From: Vicugna vicugna
Taxonomy: Eukaryota
DNA: 64,000 nt
Assembly (NCBI GenBank): GCA_013265495.1
Contig: MU058337.1
Coordinates: 2,138,686-2,202,685 of the forward strand
Reading direction: 5' to 3'
The notes beneath the pieces were generated by a model that saw nothing but the letters and a program-made list of their open reading frames with translations, was not told where the DNA came from and did not search any database. The position numbers were made by a program, and so were the translations under genes. Numbering within the stretch: the stretch's first letter is position 1; the number at the start of each line of letters is the position of its first letter. Positions 62,728 to 64,000 of the stretch are shown here, piece by piece.

Positions 62728-64000
62728 GGAAATAGAGTATAATGGAGACAAGTGGTATTGATTTAGAGGGTTTACTGAAAAGTAGGGAAATACAGACAAT
62801 GCAAGCTCATAATATCAAAGTAATTCTTTTCTGTATTATATTAGACCTTAATGACCAAAAGAGGCTGAGCATTCATTGGTCTAAAGGACCTAAAGGAATA
62901 AGCAAAGACTTAGAGGAATAAGATCAATACATAGCAGAGAACCAGTTTGATTTTTCTTTTTTATGATGGAACCACAGTGAAGGGGTTGCTACCCAGTGTT
63001 GCTTTTCATTTTCTTTTGATATGCATGCAATCTCACTATGAAGAGAAAGAACAAAAATAGAAGAAAAAAATAAAAGAAGGGAGGAATGAAGTAGAGCAGT
63101 AAGGAAGGGAAGAAAGGGAAAGAAATACAAAGAAGCAAAGAGTCTTTTATCACAGAGAGATTGATGATTAAAGATCACAGAGAAGTTGTTTTTGTACTGA
63201 ACTTGGCCTTGATCTGTAGCTGTTGACATTTAGCTCTTGGAAATACGTCTGTTCTCTTGACTGTAGTTCTCAAGTGTAGAAACCCAAGTTCTACAGTAAG
63301 GACGTGCAGACATGCAGGTGGACATAGTGTGCTTTTTTCCACAAAGTTAGCAGGTGACAGAGCTCTGTTCTGCACCCATCATTGCTTAGGCATTTTATTT
63401 GAAATTCTGTTCACATTCCCATGTGTGCATTAAACTGGGACAACAATACACGCACTAAACTACCTCTGATGATGTCCACATTCAGCAGTGTTTCTCTGTA
63501 ACTCTTCGTCCTGAGGGATGTGATGCTGGAGAGAAGAGAAGCTAGCAAAGTGTAACTCGGAGGGAGTCTTTATTTGTACTTGAATAGTTTTTTTTAAATA
63601 CACATTTCTTTCACTTTCTTAGCTTCAGTAATCCTTGAAGAGAACAGAATCAAACCTTGTATTTTAATGAGGATTTTTCAGTACTATGGCCGTGTGGAGC
63701 AAAAGTGAAAAAGAAATGCTATTGGTGTGTGTGAAAGAAAATAGGACCAGGGTTGCTTTCTTTGAGAACAGAATTTATATTGTCTAAGCGTAAATGACAA
63801 ACTTGAGATTAGATTTGTTACGTGGAACCAAATGAGCTAAAAAGGAGATATACTATTTTAAATCCGTGATGTCAAATCAATGCCTCATGTAATATGACCC
63901 AGTGGATAATAAAGCAGAATATGTAAGTGGAAGAAAAAGCACCAGAAATGATACTTAACTGACTGGAACATTTGCACTCAGATTTGTCATGAGCCATCAC

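Overview
Mammalian (not prokaryotic) genomic DNA, most likely camelid, inferred from two tRNA-Ala(AGC)-derived SINEs of the vic-1 type plus artiodactyl-type L1 3' ends and Tigger1 derivatives. Much of the window is decayed interspersed repeats (L1, L2, MIR, MLT1/MER21/MER34/LTR33/ERV1 LTRs, an ERV1 internal remnant, Tigger and hAT-Charlie elements). Repeat family names come from my recollection of consensus sequences and need RepeatMasker/Dfam confirmation. I recognise no named protein-coding gene; the ORF track is almost all noise apart from L1 ORF2 fragments. Non-repeat signals: (1) a CpG-island promoter at ~3.6-4.3 kb with NRF1, ETS and CCAAT sites, a 10-bp-phased array of CGCG-like elements, and splice donors on both strands; (2) a chain of + strand candidate exons (to 4312; 24078-24317; 24447-24630; 29995-30131; 38173-polyA) whose phases join into a basic, unrecognised small protein, either broken by one frameshift/stop or expressed as ~77-78 aa microproteins; (3) an RFX/MYB/NF-Y/AP-1 motif cluster at 11.1 kb; (4) a hairpin apparently made of two LTR ends inside a MER44; (5) the most striking feature, a ~225-bp inverted duplication (~80% identity, 461-bp spacer) at 60.3-61.2 kb that matches no repeat I recognise. 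All alignments and counts were done by eye.
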